From the NCBI GenBank assembly GCA_053919585.1, contig CM132807.1: a stretch of 64,000 nucleotides of DNA; one strand, 5' to 3'. Shown here piece by piece: positions 52,402 to 64,000 of this stretch. Position numbers and translations under genes: made by a program. This DNA is from Euprymna scolopes (Eukaryota). Under the pieces are notes generated by a model that made no database searches, was not told where the DNA came from, and saw nothing but the letters and a program-made list of their open reading frames with translations. Within the stretch, counting starts at the first letter, position 1; each line of letters begins with the position of its first letter.

Positions 52402-53644
52402 TCTTTTATAATATAAAGCTGAACGTCTGTGTGTGTGTGTCTGGTCACGAATAGCCTCCTATATGGTTGACTATTATAGAAAACTGATCACATATAATGA
52501 GAGAAGATGTATCGAGACACAGAAATGGGTATGTTTGATCTGGCAGAACGGTGGTTCATTAAAATTGTGGGGTCTGCGTTTGCGCCTGGTCCACCAAGTA
52601 TGGAAATAAAAAATTTAAAAATTTAAAAAAAAAAAAAAAAAGCGTTTACAAGTGTTTTTGATATAGATGTACATAATACTTTGATAAGTATGTTTTAACT
52701 TAAATAGGGATGGGGTAATAAAATTGTGGGGTTTGAGTTTGCGCCTGGCCTCCATAGAATAGAAATAGGCACAAACTTTAATAAAGACTTTTCATATCTA
52801 TCTGCATAAGTATACTTTGATAATTATGTTTCAGTTTGAAGAAATATGGTACAATAAAATTATGGGGTGTTCGTTTGCGCCTGACCTCCATAGAATGGAA
52901 ATATGTCACAAAGTTTAACAAGGTTTTTTAATATAGATCCACAGAATATTATAAGTGTTTCAGTGTGAACAGATATGGTATAATAAATTATGGAGTTTAT
53001 CTATTTTATTTTTTACTTTCATAATATTTTGCTTTGGTTTTGATACCCCCAAATTCGAAGCTATCTCTTTACAACCCTTCCTTTTCATAACCTATCATCT
53101 ATATATATAAAAGCGAAAATGTGTGTATGTATGTATGTATGTATGTTTGTGTGTCTGCTAAAACCTTTCGACACATACAACAAAAATTCACAAACTTGGT
53201 CTCATATGAAAGCCCCACCTTCCGGACAACATATCGAAAAATGGGCCCAAAGTGACCATCAGAAGTGCGTCAACTGATCGATTTTCTGCAGGGGTGGGGG
53301 GAAGCAAAAAAGTGACATTTTAATGTTAAACATTACATATTTTTAAATCGATTTATAACTGCCCCAAAAAATACGGCCGCCAACTCTTCTACATAAAGTA
53401 TACACGCGGCCGTTTATTTTGGGTCAACTTGTATTTAAAACCCGCTGAGTCATGTCACATGATCTTGACGTCAGCAACCTCTAATGGCGGTCTGAATTTA
53501 CAATTTAAAAATGTTATCGGTAAAAAAAAATTAATTAAAGCTAAACTATGAACTTCTACGCTATGGCAACGTTACCAAAGTTATTACCACATTCAAAATA
53601 GGTAGATACGATAGTTAAACGAAAAATAATAAGCCAAACATGTG

Positions 53645-53682
<38 letters not shown>

Positions 53683-53790
53683 CTTACAAAAAATATTAAC
53701 GAACAAAGTTTTTAAATATAAAAACAGCCAGACGCCATTTTCCAGTCTTTAGAGTAAGGAAGACGAAGTGAGAGAGAGAGAGAGAGACGC

Positions 53791-53823
<33 letters not shown>

Positions 53824-54637
53824 CGCAAACAGAGAGAGAGAGAGACGCAAACAGAGAGAGAGAGAGACGCAAACAGAGAGAGANNNNNNNNNNNNNNNNN
53901 NNNNNNNNNNNNNNNNNNNNNNNNNNNNNNNNNNNNNNNNNNNNNNNNNNNNNNNNNNNNNNNNNNNNNNNNNNNNNNNNNNNNNNNNNNNNNNNNNNNN
54001 NNNNNNNNNNNNNNNNNNNNNNGGAGGGTCAACAACGCATGCGTCAGATGACGTCATGACCTGATTTACTTTAAATAGTTGATAAACCGAACAAACTTAA
54101 TATACGCCGCTTTAGCGCAGGTAGTTAAGGCCTTGGTTCATTATCTAAACGTTTTGGGTTCGAATCGTGGTGAGAGATTTTTTTTTTTGTTTTTTTTTTT
54201 TGATTTTTTAAATTTAAATATTGAACCCTATATTATTTAAGCCATTTTTCACGTTCGTTCGTTTTTCTGTTTTAATCGTTCGTTTGCCTTACGTTATTTT
54301 TTTTTGTGTTTTTACCCCCCCACCCCCACCGCTTAATTAAAACGTTTTCTTTTCTTACTTCGCTTATAACAATGCTTACATCGTCATCGTTGTCGTCGTA
54401 ACGCTCGACGACTTTCAAACATCTTTCACTTCTGGCTGGCCGATTTTATTTTCAAACTTTGCCTCAGGGGTTCGGCTTCGATCACCCCCCCCCCCTCCGC
54501 TTCTTTTTTTATTTAACACCACACACCCCTACAAACACCCAAGCAACGCCGAGTACCCCTCGCTAGTACTTTCATAAATCAGAGTCCATTTTCTGTAGGC
54601 TGTTTTTGAACCCAGTCAACGACGGGTACTTTTGCTA

Positions 54638-54638
<1 letters not shown>
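52402..54638 (+). mobile_element. Non-autonomous Helitron A containing Helitron B; internal ~140-160 bp tandem units at 52560-52995
   Basis: A|TC start; CCCAGTC-AAC-GACGGG hairpin; CTAG|T end. Confidence 0.75.
53098..54566 (+). mobile_element. Non-autonomous Helitron B (innermost of the nest)
   Basis: A|TCTATATATATAAAAGCG start; ...GCAACGCCGAGTACCCCTCGCTAG|T end; same termini as 20701-21222. Confidence 0.85.
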
Positions 54639-54685
<47 letters not shown>

Positions 54686-54819
54686 TTTAGATCTCACTAC
54701 TATACATTAGATTCATCATAATTGATAGAGAATTGTCTATAATAATATATAATCTGTATGAATTAAAATATAATATTTAAGCGTATCTTATGACTGGGCA
54801 ATGCCAGGCAGCCTGCTAG

Positions 54820-55313
54820 TATATATAAGTGACTGTGTGTGAGGAATGGTCTCCACAAAATTGTCAATTTTTGGTCTACAGACTTGAAACTTGATACATG
54901 GGGATGTGGACCTTTGGGACAAATTCTATTTGGTCTTTAGCCACTAAAATAGCTGATATGGGGTCAAAATTAAAAAAATTGGAACTTGGCAGGTGTAAAT
55001 AGATTTAAAGTGCTCTTTTATGCATATACAAATATACATTTATAGGCTAAACATTTTTTTTTTAACTTTTAATATGTGCATGGACCTGACTCAAAGAGTA
55101 ATGAATAAGCTGTGTTTCGGTTTCAATTTTAGCTGATGACATCCCAGTCATTATATTTTTTTAATTTTTTTTACTTTTGAAATCACTATTATATATTGAT
55201 ACAATATAATCAATAGAGAATTGACGCTATAATAATAAATACGAAAGTTTCATAAGTTACAATGTCATATTTAAGCACATTTTATGACAAGGTAATGCCA
55301 GGTGGCTTGTTAG
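54820..55313 (+). mobile_element. Helitron family C copy (others at ~21455-21935, ~41130-41606, and split 52330-52401/54639-54819)
   Basis: Shared segments ctagctgatgg, atagagaattg and atttaagcgtatttta; hairpin plus (C/T)TAG end. Confidence 0.7.
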
Positions 55314-55469
55314 TATTAAACATAAAACTGCAAATTTATGATCATGACGGCATATCTGTGCACAAGTTTTTTTTTCTTTCTTTCCTATTTGAGTTTTAGA
55401 CATTAGATCCTCCCTTTCAATGTTAAAAATATTTCTACTGTATTAGGGACAAAAGTGAATGGTAGCATT

Positions 55470-56245
55470 CAATGCTGCTAAAACGAAGCTGTTTTAATAA
55501 TTACAAGAAACCTTCTCAACCACTAATAGCTATGGCTAAAGATACATTACCTGAAAGTACTTTGTTCAAACTCCTCGGCTTAATGTTCACAGGGAACATG
55601 AGTTGGAACAGATACATTGAGGACACTGCCAAGGCTGCTGCTAGGCAGGTGGGCTCTATTGTGCTAGAAAGTTATTTGCATCTGAAAGTATCCTATACAT
55701 CTACAAAGCCACCATTTGCTCATGTATGAAGCATTGTTGTCACATATGGGCTGGTGCATCTGCTACTAGTCTCTTACTCCTGGACAGGAGTCAAAAAAGA
55801 GTAGCCAACCTGATAGGTCCTCAACTGTTATCTAAGTTTCAACCTCTGTCCCAGTGATGAAATGTTGCATCCCTCTGCCTGTTTTACAAGTTATTTTAAT
55901 GGTGGCTGTTCAGACGAACTTCAAACCCTTGTACCCCACCTCAACATAAATACCTCTGACAACCCGACAAGCAGCCAAGTCCCACCTCTACACAGTAGAG
56001 ATCCCCAGATTTCAGAAAGCCTTCTACTCTAACAGTTTCTTCCCCAGAACTGCTAGACTATGAAATTCCTTTCCAGGTTCCTGCTCCCCCAACTATTCTG
56101 ACATGCAGAAGTTCAAGTGTAATGTAAACAGACATCTTGCTGCTCAACTCCCTACATAGTATCGCTGCAACTCGTCTCTGATAGTAGCCCCTATATCAAA
56201 GTGGCACTATGCCTTGTTTGGGGTGAAAATTAAAAAAAAAAAATT
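55470..56245 (+). mobile_element. CR1/L2-group LINE fragment (second subfamily)
   Basis: KLLGLMFTGNMSW..YIE, then frameshifted HCCHIWAGA, FFPRTARL, with stops and a poly(A) end. Confidence 0.9.
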
Positions 56246-56577
56246 AGGATAGATTTAAAAAAATTTTTTTTTTATTTATCCCCATGAAATAAAGAAACTT
56301 GAAAAGTTCTTGCTATTAAACAAAACAAACGTTTGCTGATTAATCCTTCATTAATAATCAAGTATTTGAATGAATTTCCTAATATTAAGCTGAAAATTAA
56401 TAATTTTTTTTATATTATTGTAGATTAACACTGTCCTGTGGGGAGGCATTGTAAATAGGTACATTTAAAATCCATGCTAGTTTGTAATTGGTCTGATATT
56501 CACACCAACAACAATCAATGTGTAATCAAAACTTTCCAAAGATGGTTGACATCATAAAAAGCATATGAAGATTATAT

Positions 56578-56760
56578 TAGAATTCTTTTGACTACTACTC
56601 TCATCTTGAAGGTTATTTTCACATTTCAGTCGATGTAAACTGACCTTTTTCAAGTATACCTTGTCAAACTCCTGAATCTTTTGTCAGAAGGTTAGATTGG
56701 CTAAAATGTGAAAATAACATTCAAGATGAGAAGAGTGGTTCAAAGAATCCAGATAATACG
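56578..56760. mobile_element. Family A tails in inverted (divergent) arrangement; similar fragments at 8940-9040 (-), 20140-20300 and 58025-58170 (+)
   Basis: ctctcatcttgaaggttattttcac vs gtgaaaataacattcaagatgag. Confidence 0.7.
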
Positions 56761-57109
56761 AATAATCATATCACACACAGATACTGATCAATCCAAAGAG
56801 AATCACTCCTAAAGGTTTAAAAAAAACAAAAACAAAAAAAAAACTTCTATACAAATCTTTCATTGCTCTCCAATGCCGAAAAAAATTAATAGCTGTAATC
56901 TGTTTCACATATACCTTATTTTCAAGAAATGATAAACAAATGTATCTGTTGAATATTTCAATTTATTCATCAACATTTTGTGAAATCGCGCATTTTTTTC
57001 TATAGAATTGTTTTTTAATTGCCAACGAGCGTGCTCTGTCTGAGTAATTGACTTTGAAGCAATCAGAAGTTTGTAAGTATTATCGAGAAAGTGTTTAATC
57101 AAAAGTTTC

Positions 57110-57570
57110 CTTACTTGGACTTGTTTCGGCATTCGTCCTGGAGCAGTTGGGTTGCCTCCATATAGAGAATTTAACTGGATCCAGAACAAATGCTGACCAG
57201 GCGCGACAGTCCATCGTAGAAGCAGATATGAGCATTAGTCAATCTTGGTTCTAGCAGGGAACTATTAGGGTGAGGACTCAGCTTTGGACTCTGTTTCACT
57301 ATCTTTTTTAGCTGACCTCTGCATTGTCTTTTCCAACCCTGAGGAGGAGCTGGATCGATAGCTTTGTGAGCAGCAAAGAGTCTGACCAAACCAATGAAAA
57401 CATCTCATGAGGAGAGCTTGTTGTAGAGAGGATATGTTGGTATGAAAACAAACAGTATTTGGATGAACTGTTACCCACGAACATGAAGGATGTAGTGTAA
57501 ACAGTAGTGATGTCACATGCTCTCACTGGCCAGGTTTCACAGCCGTACAGTAGAATGGTGTGGCTCTGAA
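57110..57570 (-). mobile_element. RTE-clade LINE 3' fragment
   Basis: Minus strand reads ILLYGCETWP ... HWFG ... PPQGWKRQCRGQLK ... DCRAWSAFV across frameshifts. Confidence 0.8.
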
Positions 57571-58193
57571 GCTACCAATTGCATTGGATGGGAGAGGGGG
57601 GGGGCTCATACCTTTTCCAAAGATATTTACAAAAATAGTTTCTCCTGTTCTCACAGAAACATACATGAATAATGATAATAAAAACAAAAATGTTTAAGAA
57701 ACAGCTGTAGAAATTTTCCAGAGGGATTAAACTAAATATCTCCAAAAGTAAAATTTGGGTCTGCATTTTTGTTTTAAGATAAATTTGGTGCGACTGAGGT
57801 TTGTACAGATTTGCAACATACGGTGTTGTCAGAAACCGAGAGAAACAATGTCTTTATTTTTTAAATAGTCATTACTATACATGGGTAAATTGAAAGTATA
57901 ATTAAAAAAAAAAAAAAAAAAAAAATTATTCAAAATCTAAGATGTTATGTTCACAATGTAACCTTTGACCTTTTTCAGGCATATCTTCTCAAACTCATGC
58001 ATCCGTATGGAATTTTGAAGATTCTTCATAATTCCATGCAAGACTCCTGAGTTTGACATGATACATTTGAAGAGGGTTGGAGGTTACATCATCTGAAACG
58101 CGAAAACAACATTCAAGATAAAAGTTTGAATAATCCAAATCATCAATCTTCATCTAAAAAATTCTCAAACAATTTTTAAAAAATTTGTTTTAG

Positions 58194-58227
<34 letters not shown>

Positions 58228-58240
58228 CTAAAACAAATTT

Positions 58241-58606
58241 TGTCTGTAGGCATTTAATAATTATAGTAAATAATTATGTCAGCCCTTTTAAGAAACTCGT
58301 TTCTTATCATTGAGCATTTTTAGTTGAAATAAAGTCAGTCAATTTAGCTCTTATGCGAAGATCATCATATGATTAGATCACTCTAACAGATGTTAAAAAA
58401 CATTTAAAAAGGAAATGTTTAAATTTCAACAGTATTTCTCGCGGTTAACGGTAGCCAATTGGATTAGGTCTTTGCTAATGAAGTCCGAGATGGCTTCTGT
58501 TGACGGATTCGAATCTATCGACCGGTGTTAATCGTAACATCCTGCATTGAGGATTCCCGAAAGGATGAAACACTAGTGTCTGTAGGTATTTAATAATTAT
58601 AGTAAA

Positions 58607-58612
<6 letters not shown>
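58241..58612 (+). mobile_element. Retrozyme/SINE-like element: 336-nt unit with a tRNA-like segment and a type I hammerhead, terminally repeated
   Basis: 36-nt direct repeat at 58241-58276 and 58577-58612; A/B-box-like segment at about 58442-58525; hammerhead at 58541-58586. Confidence 0.8.
58541..58586 (+). ncRNA. Type I hammerhead ribozyme (C3U core variant)
   Basis: Stem I CCTGCA/TGTAGG; core TTGAGGA; stem II TCC-CGAAA-GGA; GAA; palindromic stem III ACACTAGTGT; predicted cleavage after GTC (58580). Confidence 0.8.
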
Positions 58613-58672
<60 letters not shown>

Positions 58673-58929
58673 TGATTAAATGCTTTCTTCTAACAACCAG
58701 AAAGGAAGTGATTCCATAGCATTCCATAAAGTTATAAACAGAGCTGTTTCCTACCTGAGAGAAAATAGTAAAATACTACCACACCATAAATTTTTAAATC
58801 ATTTCAGTAAGACTTATATTTTTTGTAATTGGTTTTCAGAATATTTTCTTTTAAAGTAACGCCAAAGTCATCGCACATTAAATGAATGAATGGGGTGCTT
58901 TTTTGTGAAAAGATATTTTGGATTTTAAT

Positions 58930-59140
58930 TATTGATAAATGAGGAGACATTTTCTAATCTATATTATTTATTTTTGTGCGACAACAGCAACTATGGATGG
59001 CAGTAATTGCTGAGTGCAGTTAAGATATTCAGAGTTCCTATCCTATCGCGGTTACCACCTGATGAAGGCCAGAACGTTGTGAAACAACAACTAATAAAAA
59101 GATGAGGATAATAGTCCGCAATAAATAAATTAATAAATAA
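58930..59140 (+). mobile_element. Family B 3' fragment with inverted tail
   Basis: Aligns to 23010-23180; retains CACCTGATGAAGGCCAG, with stem II partly deleted. Confidence 0.75.
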
Positions 59141-59469
59141 TACTCATCTCAATAATGAATTCCAATTAAAATAATATATATACCATTCGGTACGGACCCA
59201 ACCATGGAAAATCAGATAATAAATAAACGTGGATTATAAGACCCAAAAATCCAACTTGGGGGATGATGTTACAAATATCTAATATTTGTTTATTCAAAAA
59301 ATAAAAAAAAATTTTTTTTAAAATGATCAAATGTAGATGAATACATGTTAAATTTTTTTTAGATTTAACGTGATAATTCATCTAAACATTTCCCAGCATG
59401 TAAAACAGACGTTAAACCAAACTTTATATTTGATTGCGTACACCAGTAAGATGGAAATAATTCTTAAGC

Positions 59470-59780
59470 TGGTTCTATCACCTAAGCTCAAACCTCTCTC
59501 CCATTGTCGAATTGTTGCATCTCACTGTTTTACAAGTACTTTAATGGAATGTCTTCTAAGAAATTCATTGCACTTCTACCCACTTGACATATATACATCC
59601 GACAACCCCATTTAGCAGCGAAATCCAACTTCTTCACTGTAGAGGTCACTAGGTGTAAAAGTTTAAATGTAATGTGAACAGATATCTTGTTCATCTTATT
59701 ACATAGTCCCTTGTAGATGTGATCCTAAATAGTAGCCCCTTACGTATAAGTATCAACACCTTGTTGAGGTAATAAAAAAC
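59470..59780 (+). mobile_element. Short internally deleted copy of the 55470 LINE subfamily
   Basis: Shares aaatgtaatgtgaacaga and tagtagcccct tail; KLKPLSHCRIVAS. Confidence 0.75.
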
Positions 59781-60133
59781 AGAGACCCAATGTTGCCTGG
59801 GATTGTATGCAGCCCATAAAACCATATCCCCTCTTTTTCTTTTATCTTATATTTTAGAACATTCAAAAGATGTACTTTGATTGATTGGATGCATGAGGAT
59901 CCCTATGAACTCCTGCTACAACCCTCAATCCAATTACATTTATATTCTTATTTTTCATTATTCTTAAATTATAAATATATGGAGTCAAGCATTGTATTTT
60001 CTTTTAATGGATTTCAAGCACAAACAGACTCCATGATAATATAGTTAGAAGGGATAGGGTTCTACTTTCAAAACTCTAAGAGAAATTTGTGAAGAGACAG
60101 ATACTACAGCTTAAATATATAAAACTAAACATT

Positions 60134-60162
<29 letters not shown>

Positions 60163-60168
<6 letters not shown>

Positions 60169-60562
60169 TGAGGATTAATAAATTGCATTATTTTGATTAT
60201 TCAGATTATTGTCCTATCTTAAGTGTTATTCCACAAGGACCTGTGGTGTAGTGGATAAAGTACTTAATAAATTCAATTGTAAGTTACTCTCTTCTGCAGA
60301 TTAATGGCTTAATCCTCAGTGTGGATGACACTAAAATACAATTGCGAATTACTTTGAACCTACCCAGTAATGGCCGATGGAATGAGAATATGTGAATTAA
60401 ATAAAGGGCTCTGTTCAAAACTCTGTGCAGATTCCAAAGTTTGGCAGAACAATTCCAAAGTTCAAAAAAAAATATACCTGAAGAAGGTTGGAGGTTACAT
60501 TAACCGAAACACTGTGCAAATAACACTCAAGATTAGAACAGTAGTCTGAATAATTCAAACAT
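60163..60562 (+). mobile_element. Family A element: tRNA-like head, body and hammerhead-bearing tail, preceded by an inverted tail copy
   Basis: Head GGACCTGTGGTGTAGTGG at 60237; CTGAAGA-A-GGTTG..TAACC-GAAAC at 60478-60510; 60163-60236 is the reverse complement of the tail. Confidence 0.8.
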
Positions 60563-60964
60563 TAATTAGTTGGATCATTTATCAATATCTTCTGTTTCAT
60601 AAAAACAAAAAAAAAAACTAAGCTCACATGATTGTACTGGTTCTTCAGTCAATATTATGCTGACTAGCACGTTCTTATTATGCCCTATTGAAATATTCTT
60701 TAATTTTCATAGAATGAACCAAAGAAAAAATTAAATAAACCTGTAACATTTGTTGAAATCCTTTTCATCTACCTTTTTTCTTTGAAAATATATCGGAATA
60801 ATACTCTAACAAGATGTCTAAAATATTTTTACAAAATTCTTTTACAATTTTGAATGAAACAAATACATTCCATATTTCACTTTTTTTCTTCTTCTCAATT
60901 TGAAAATTTTCTGTCAAAATATAAAATACATTTCAGATAAAGATTATTTTCTATTCTAAAAGAA

Positions 60965-61570
60965 ATCTCCAACTGTAAGGTTTGGTTTTGCTGGTGGATG
61001 GCTACTATATAATGCGATACAACGTAGTGTGTAAATATATCCAATGAACATCTGTAAAAAGTTGAATATTGAATCTAGTAGCAAATCCTGGGAACATACA
61101 TACCAGAAAAAACAATTGGAAATAAGTCATACACCATCGACTATGACTATGCAATTACTGCAGCTATGTACCTAGACAATGGAGTCATTAAACTTGACAT
61201 AGTGATGTGGGACAAGGAGGAGGAAGAAACAACCTTAGTAGAAGTTAGTGTTCCCAATGATGCTGGGTTAAACAGAGCTAAGAAAAAAATAACAAAATAC
61301 CAAGGTCTTATGTATGACATGAAAAGAAACTGGAATCGTAGGAAGATCTCTATTATTCCAGTAATTATAGGAGCAACTGGACTTACAAAAAAGAATTTCA
61401 AAAACTATCTGGTAAATATACTCGATGAGCCAAGTGCAAAAGAAATACAAACAATTGCACTTAAAAGGATAGTTAGAATCTTAAAAAGATCTCTTGATTG
61501 GAATTTATAAGATAACAGGTGAATGTCTGGCATCAGGTAGGACACCCAATCCCTAGTAAGAACAAAATAG
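60965..61570 (+). mobile_element. RLE-type (R4/Dong-like) non-LTR retrotransposon 3' fragment
   Basis: Decayed RHN..KYIHW-like motif, then DIV...LVEVSVPND...KKITKYQGL...IIPVIIGATG restriction-like endonuclease domain. Confidence 0.88.
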
Positions 61571-62103
61571 TGAAAAAAAAGGTGATTAAATATGTATATA
61601 CCTTTGATCAATATTTCCTCCTACTAATAGTACACATGTTGATAAAATTAGATTTTAGTAAAAGCCGAGAAACTTTATAGCAAACATCAGATGTTTCTGA
61701 TTTGTGTAAAGAAAGGAAAGAAAAAAAAATGGCGCAGTTTTCAGTATAGAAGAGAAACTAGAAAACTTTTTTTTCATAAACCTGCCCAGCTATAATAGAA
61801 ATACAGACAATTGCAACTAAAAACACATGCACACTAAATATGGCAATTTTGGTATCAACCAATTCTCCACACACTCACCTATTTTCCAAACTCCATGGTG
61901 AAGACAAAATATCGACTAGAATTTCTATCACACTTGTAGGCATGTCAGAAACTTTGTGAAAAATATTGAATAATTTGACCCCATCTTTCCAAGCTTATAA
62001 CTACTCAAAAAATAATTCAAACCCTAATTTTTTTTTCAATTAAAGGAGCAAGGACCAAAGTTTCATTAAAAAAAAAAAAAAACAAACAAAAAATACAAAC
62101 AAC

Positions 62104-62138
<35 letters not shown>

Positions 62139-62306
62139 TTTTAAACTTCGGACTTTACAGGTAAATTTCCAAAAGACTGTTCTTTTTTTTGTTTTAAATT
62201 AGAATATATTATTTATTGATCTTTTATCTTCAATTTGTGATATATAAAACTTTGGCACATAAATTAATTATTTACTTTTTAATAGACATTTCAAAATAGG
62301 GGGGGG

Positions 62307-62340
<34 letters not shown>

Positions 62341-64000
62341 GTTTGTCTAAAATATATTTGATTTATTGGAAAGAGCATAAAATTTCACATTGACCCTGAA
62401 AATATAAAAATAGAATCAATAGAAAAATTTTGATAGATTTTTAAAGTTTAAAAATTAAAAAATACAGAACTCGTAAAATTCAATTAATTTCATTACTGTT
62501 TTTTTTTTTAAAATAAAAATATAATATTTCTATTACTTTTTATGCAACTTTAATAGTTTATTTTGGCAGTATAATCGATAAAGAAAATAAACAACCCACT
62601 TTTAAAAGAGAAATTACGAGTTTTTTATATTTTATTTGCAGTTTCGTGTTAGGGATGTCAAAAATTCTTATACACCTATCGCACTTGTAATAGAAAATAG
62701 ATTTACAAAAGGAATTATCAAACGGTAACATTTTGTGTCTGACAGTAGGCAGGGTCATTGTGCTCTTGTATCTATATAATACTAAAAGTCTATGGATCTT
62801 GTATGTTTGCAATCAGATTTCCGGTTTTCAACATCCGGTTGCGCATGCGTTAATAGCAACGTCTGCAATCCGTTATTCCAATTCCGGAATTTTTATATCG
62901 CTTTTAATACAAACAATTTAATTTAATTTGATCAAATAGTTATTTATATATACAAATAATACATAGATTCATAGATAATTATAATATATATTATAAAATC
63001 TATTTATCTATGATTCTATTGATAATATGAAATATTACCCTATACAATTTATGGAAAGAAAACACCTCTCACTTTCCCTCTAATAGATTTCAACACTCCT
63101 ACTCCCTCTGTTTTCGTTACGTACGCGAGAAATAGTTACGTGTATGTGTGAGAGAGAGAAAAAGGCAGCGATGTAAAACTGGATAGAGTTATCCCCCTTA
63201 ACTAATGCAGACCTTTTTACTAGAGGGCGTTATTACAAAAAAATTTCTTTTTCTTCTTCCCATGTTTTTTAAAGTCGTCTGCTTACATTTCCAAACGGAA
63301 AGCTGAATCGGTAAATGCACACATTTCTATTACATTAAATAGTGTTTTCCTTTACACAATGGGTACTGAATGTTTGCTTAAATTAAATGAAAAAGTTACA
63401 TTTTATTTTCATTTTCTATTTAAAAAGCCATTATTAACATGTGGAGAGTGTTTTTTTTATTATTCTGTACTTTCAACTAACAATTTCATTTAAAAGATGA
63501 TATATCAAAATTTGAATTTAACTATAATAAGGATTATGATACCTGTTCAGTGCATATTTACCTATAAGTATGACCAACCACTTATAATTCAGTAACTGTA
63601 ATTTAAAAAAAAATAACAATTATAATAAACAGAACGACTCATAGAAATCTATCTATATTCTTTTTTCATTTTAATATACTTTCATAGAAATGCTTCTGTT
63701 ATGTAAAAAAAAACTATTTTCTTTATGCCACAAGTGTCACGCTCATACATGAATTCCATAGCTAATATAACGTACTGACCAAACGGGTCACGGGTGGTCT
63801 AGTATATATATAAAAAGATCTTAAATGGAATGCTTTAAACTTGAGTTTTATGAGGAAAAGGGAGGGGAGTAAGTCAAGGACTCCTATGTAAAAAGATAGC
63901 AAGTAATCAGAGGAAAAAATGAGTTTAATATACAAGTAATTCAATCACCTGGCAGAAAATTTAAAAATAAAAATGAATATAATTTCAGAATTTTTGAGAT

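Noticed and set aside
52560-52995. CRISPR-like repeat/spacer pattern
   Set aside because: The intervening sequences are homologous to each other; this is a tandem repeat inside a Helitron in a eukaryote.
57612-57645. 33-nt minus-strand WAC exon candidate
   Set aside because: Poor polypyrimidine tract and no WAC similarity.
58442-58525. Functional tRNA gene (also 22884-22968 and 54105-54178)
   Set aside because: No clean cloverleaf, and embedded in mobile elements.
61166-61510. Host protein-coding gene
   Set aside because: It is the endonuclease end of a truncated RLE retrotransposon, with upstream stops and frameshifts.
62815-62890. NRF1/ETS-like promoter motifs (TGCGCATGCG, TTCCGG)
   Set aside because: No associated exon found; such motifs also occur inside DNA transposons.

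Overview
AT-rich, repeat-dense animal genomic DNA with five N gaps. The repeat style suggests an invertebrate, possibly an octopod cephalopod; this is a low-confidence inference. The only recognisable gene is the 3' half of WAC (WW-domain adaptor with coiled-coil) on the minus strand. It has five frame-consistent exons between 49118 and 36020, plus a candidate 15-nt microexon. Other gene candidates are an orphan minus-strand ORF at 721-1299, whose C-terminus is encoded antisense to a LINE tail, and a tentative plus-strand spliced transcript converging on WAC. The rest is decayed mobile DNA: CR1/L2-group, RTE and RLE-type LINE 3' fragments, a Penelope remnant, non-autonomous Helitrons (including a triple nest), hAT/Tc1/MITE pieces and a 5S-derived SINE that shares its tail with the CR1-like LINE. 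The most striking signal is a dense set of short non-coding elements, about 20 motifs in at least five unrelated families. They combine a tRNA-like (Pol III A/B-box) segment with a minimal type I hammerhead ribozyme, and are usually preceded by an inverted copy of their own 3' tail. They are candidate Penelope-mobilised SINE/retrozyme elements. One copy (58241-58612) is a 336-nt unit terminally repeated from the predicted cleavage site.
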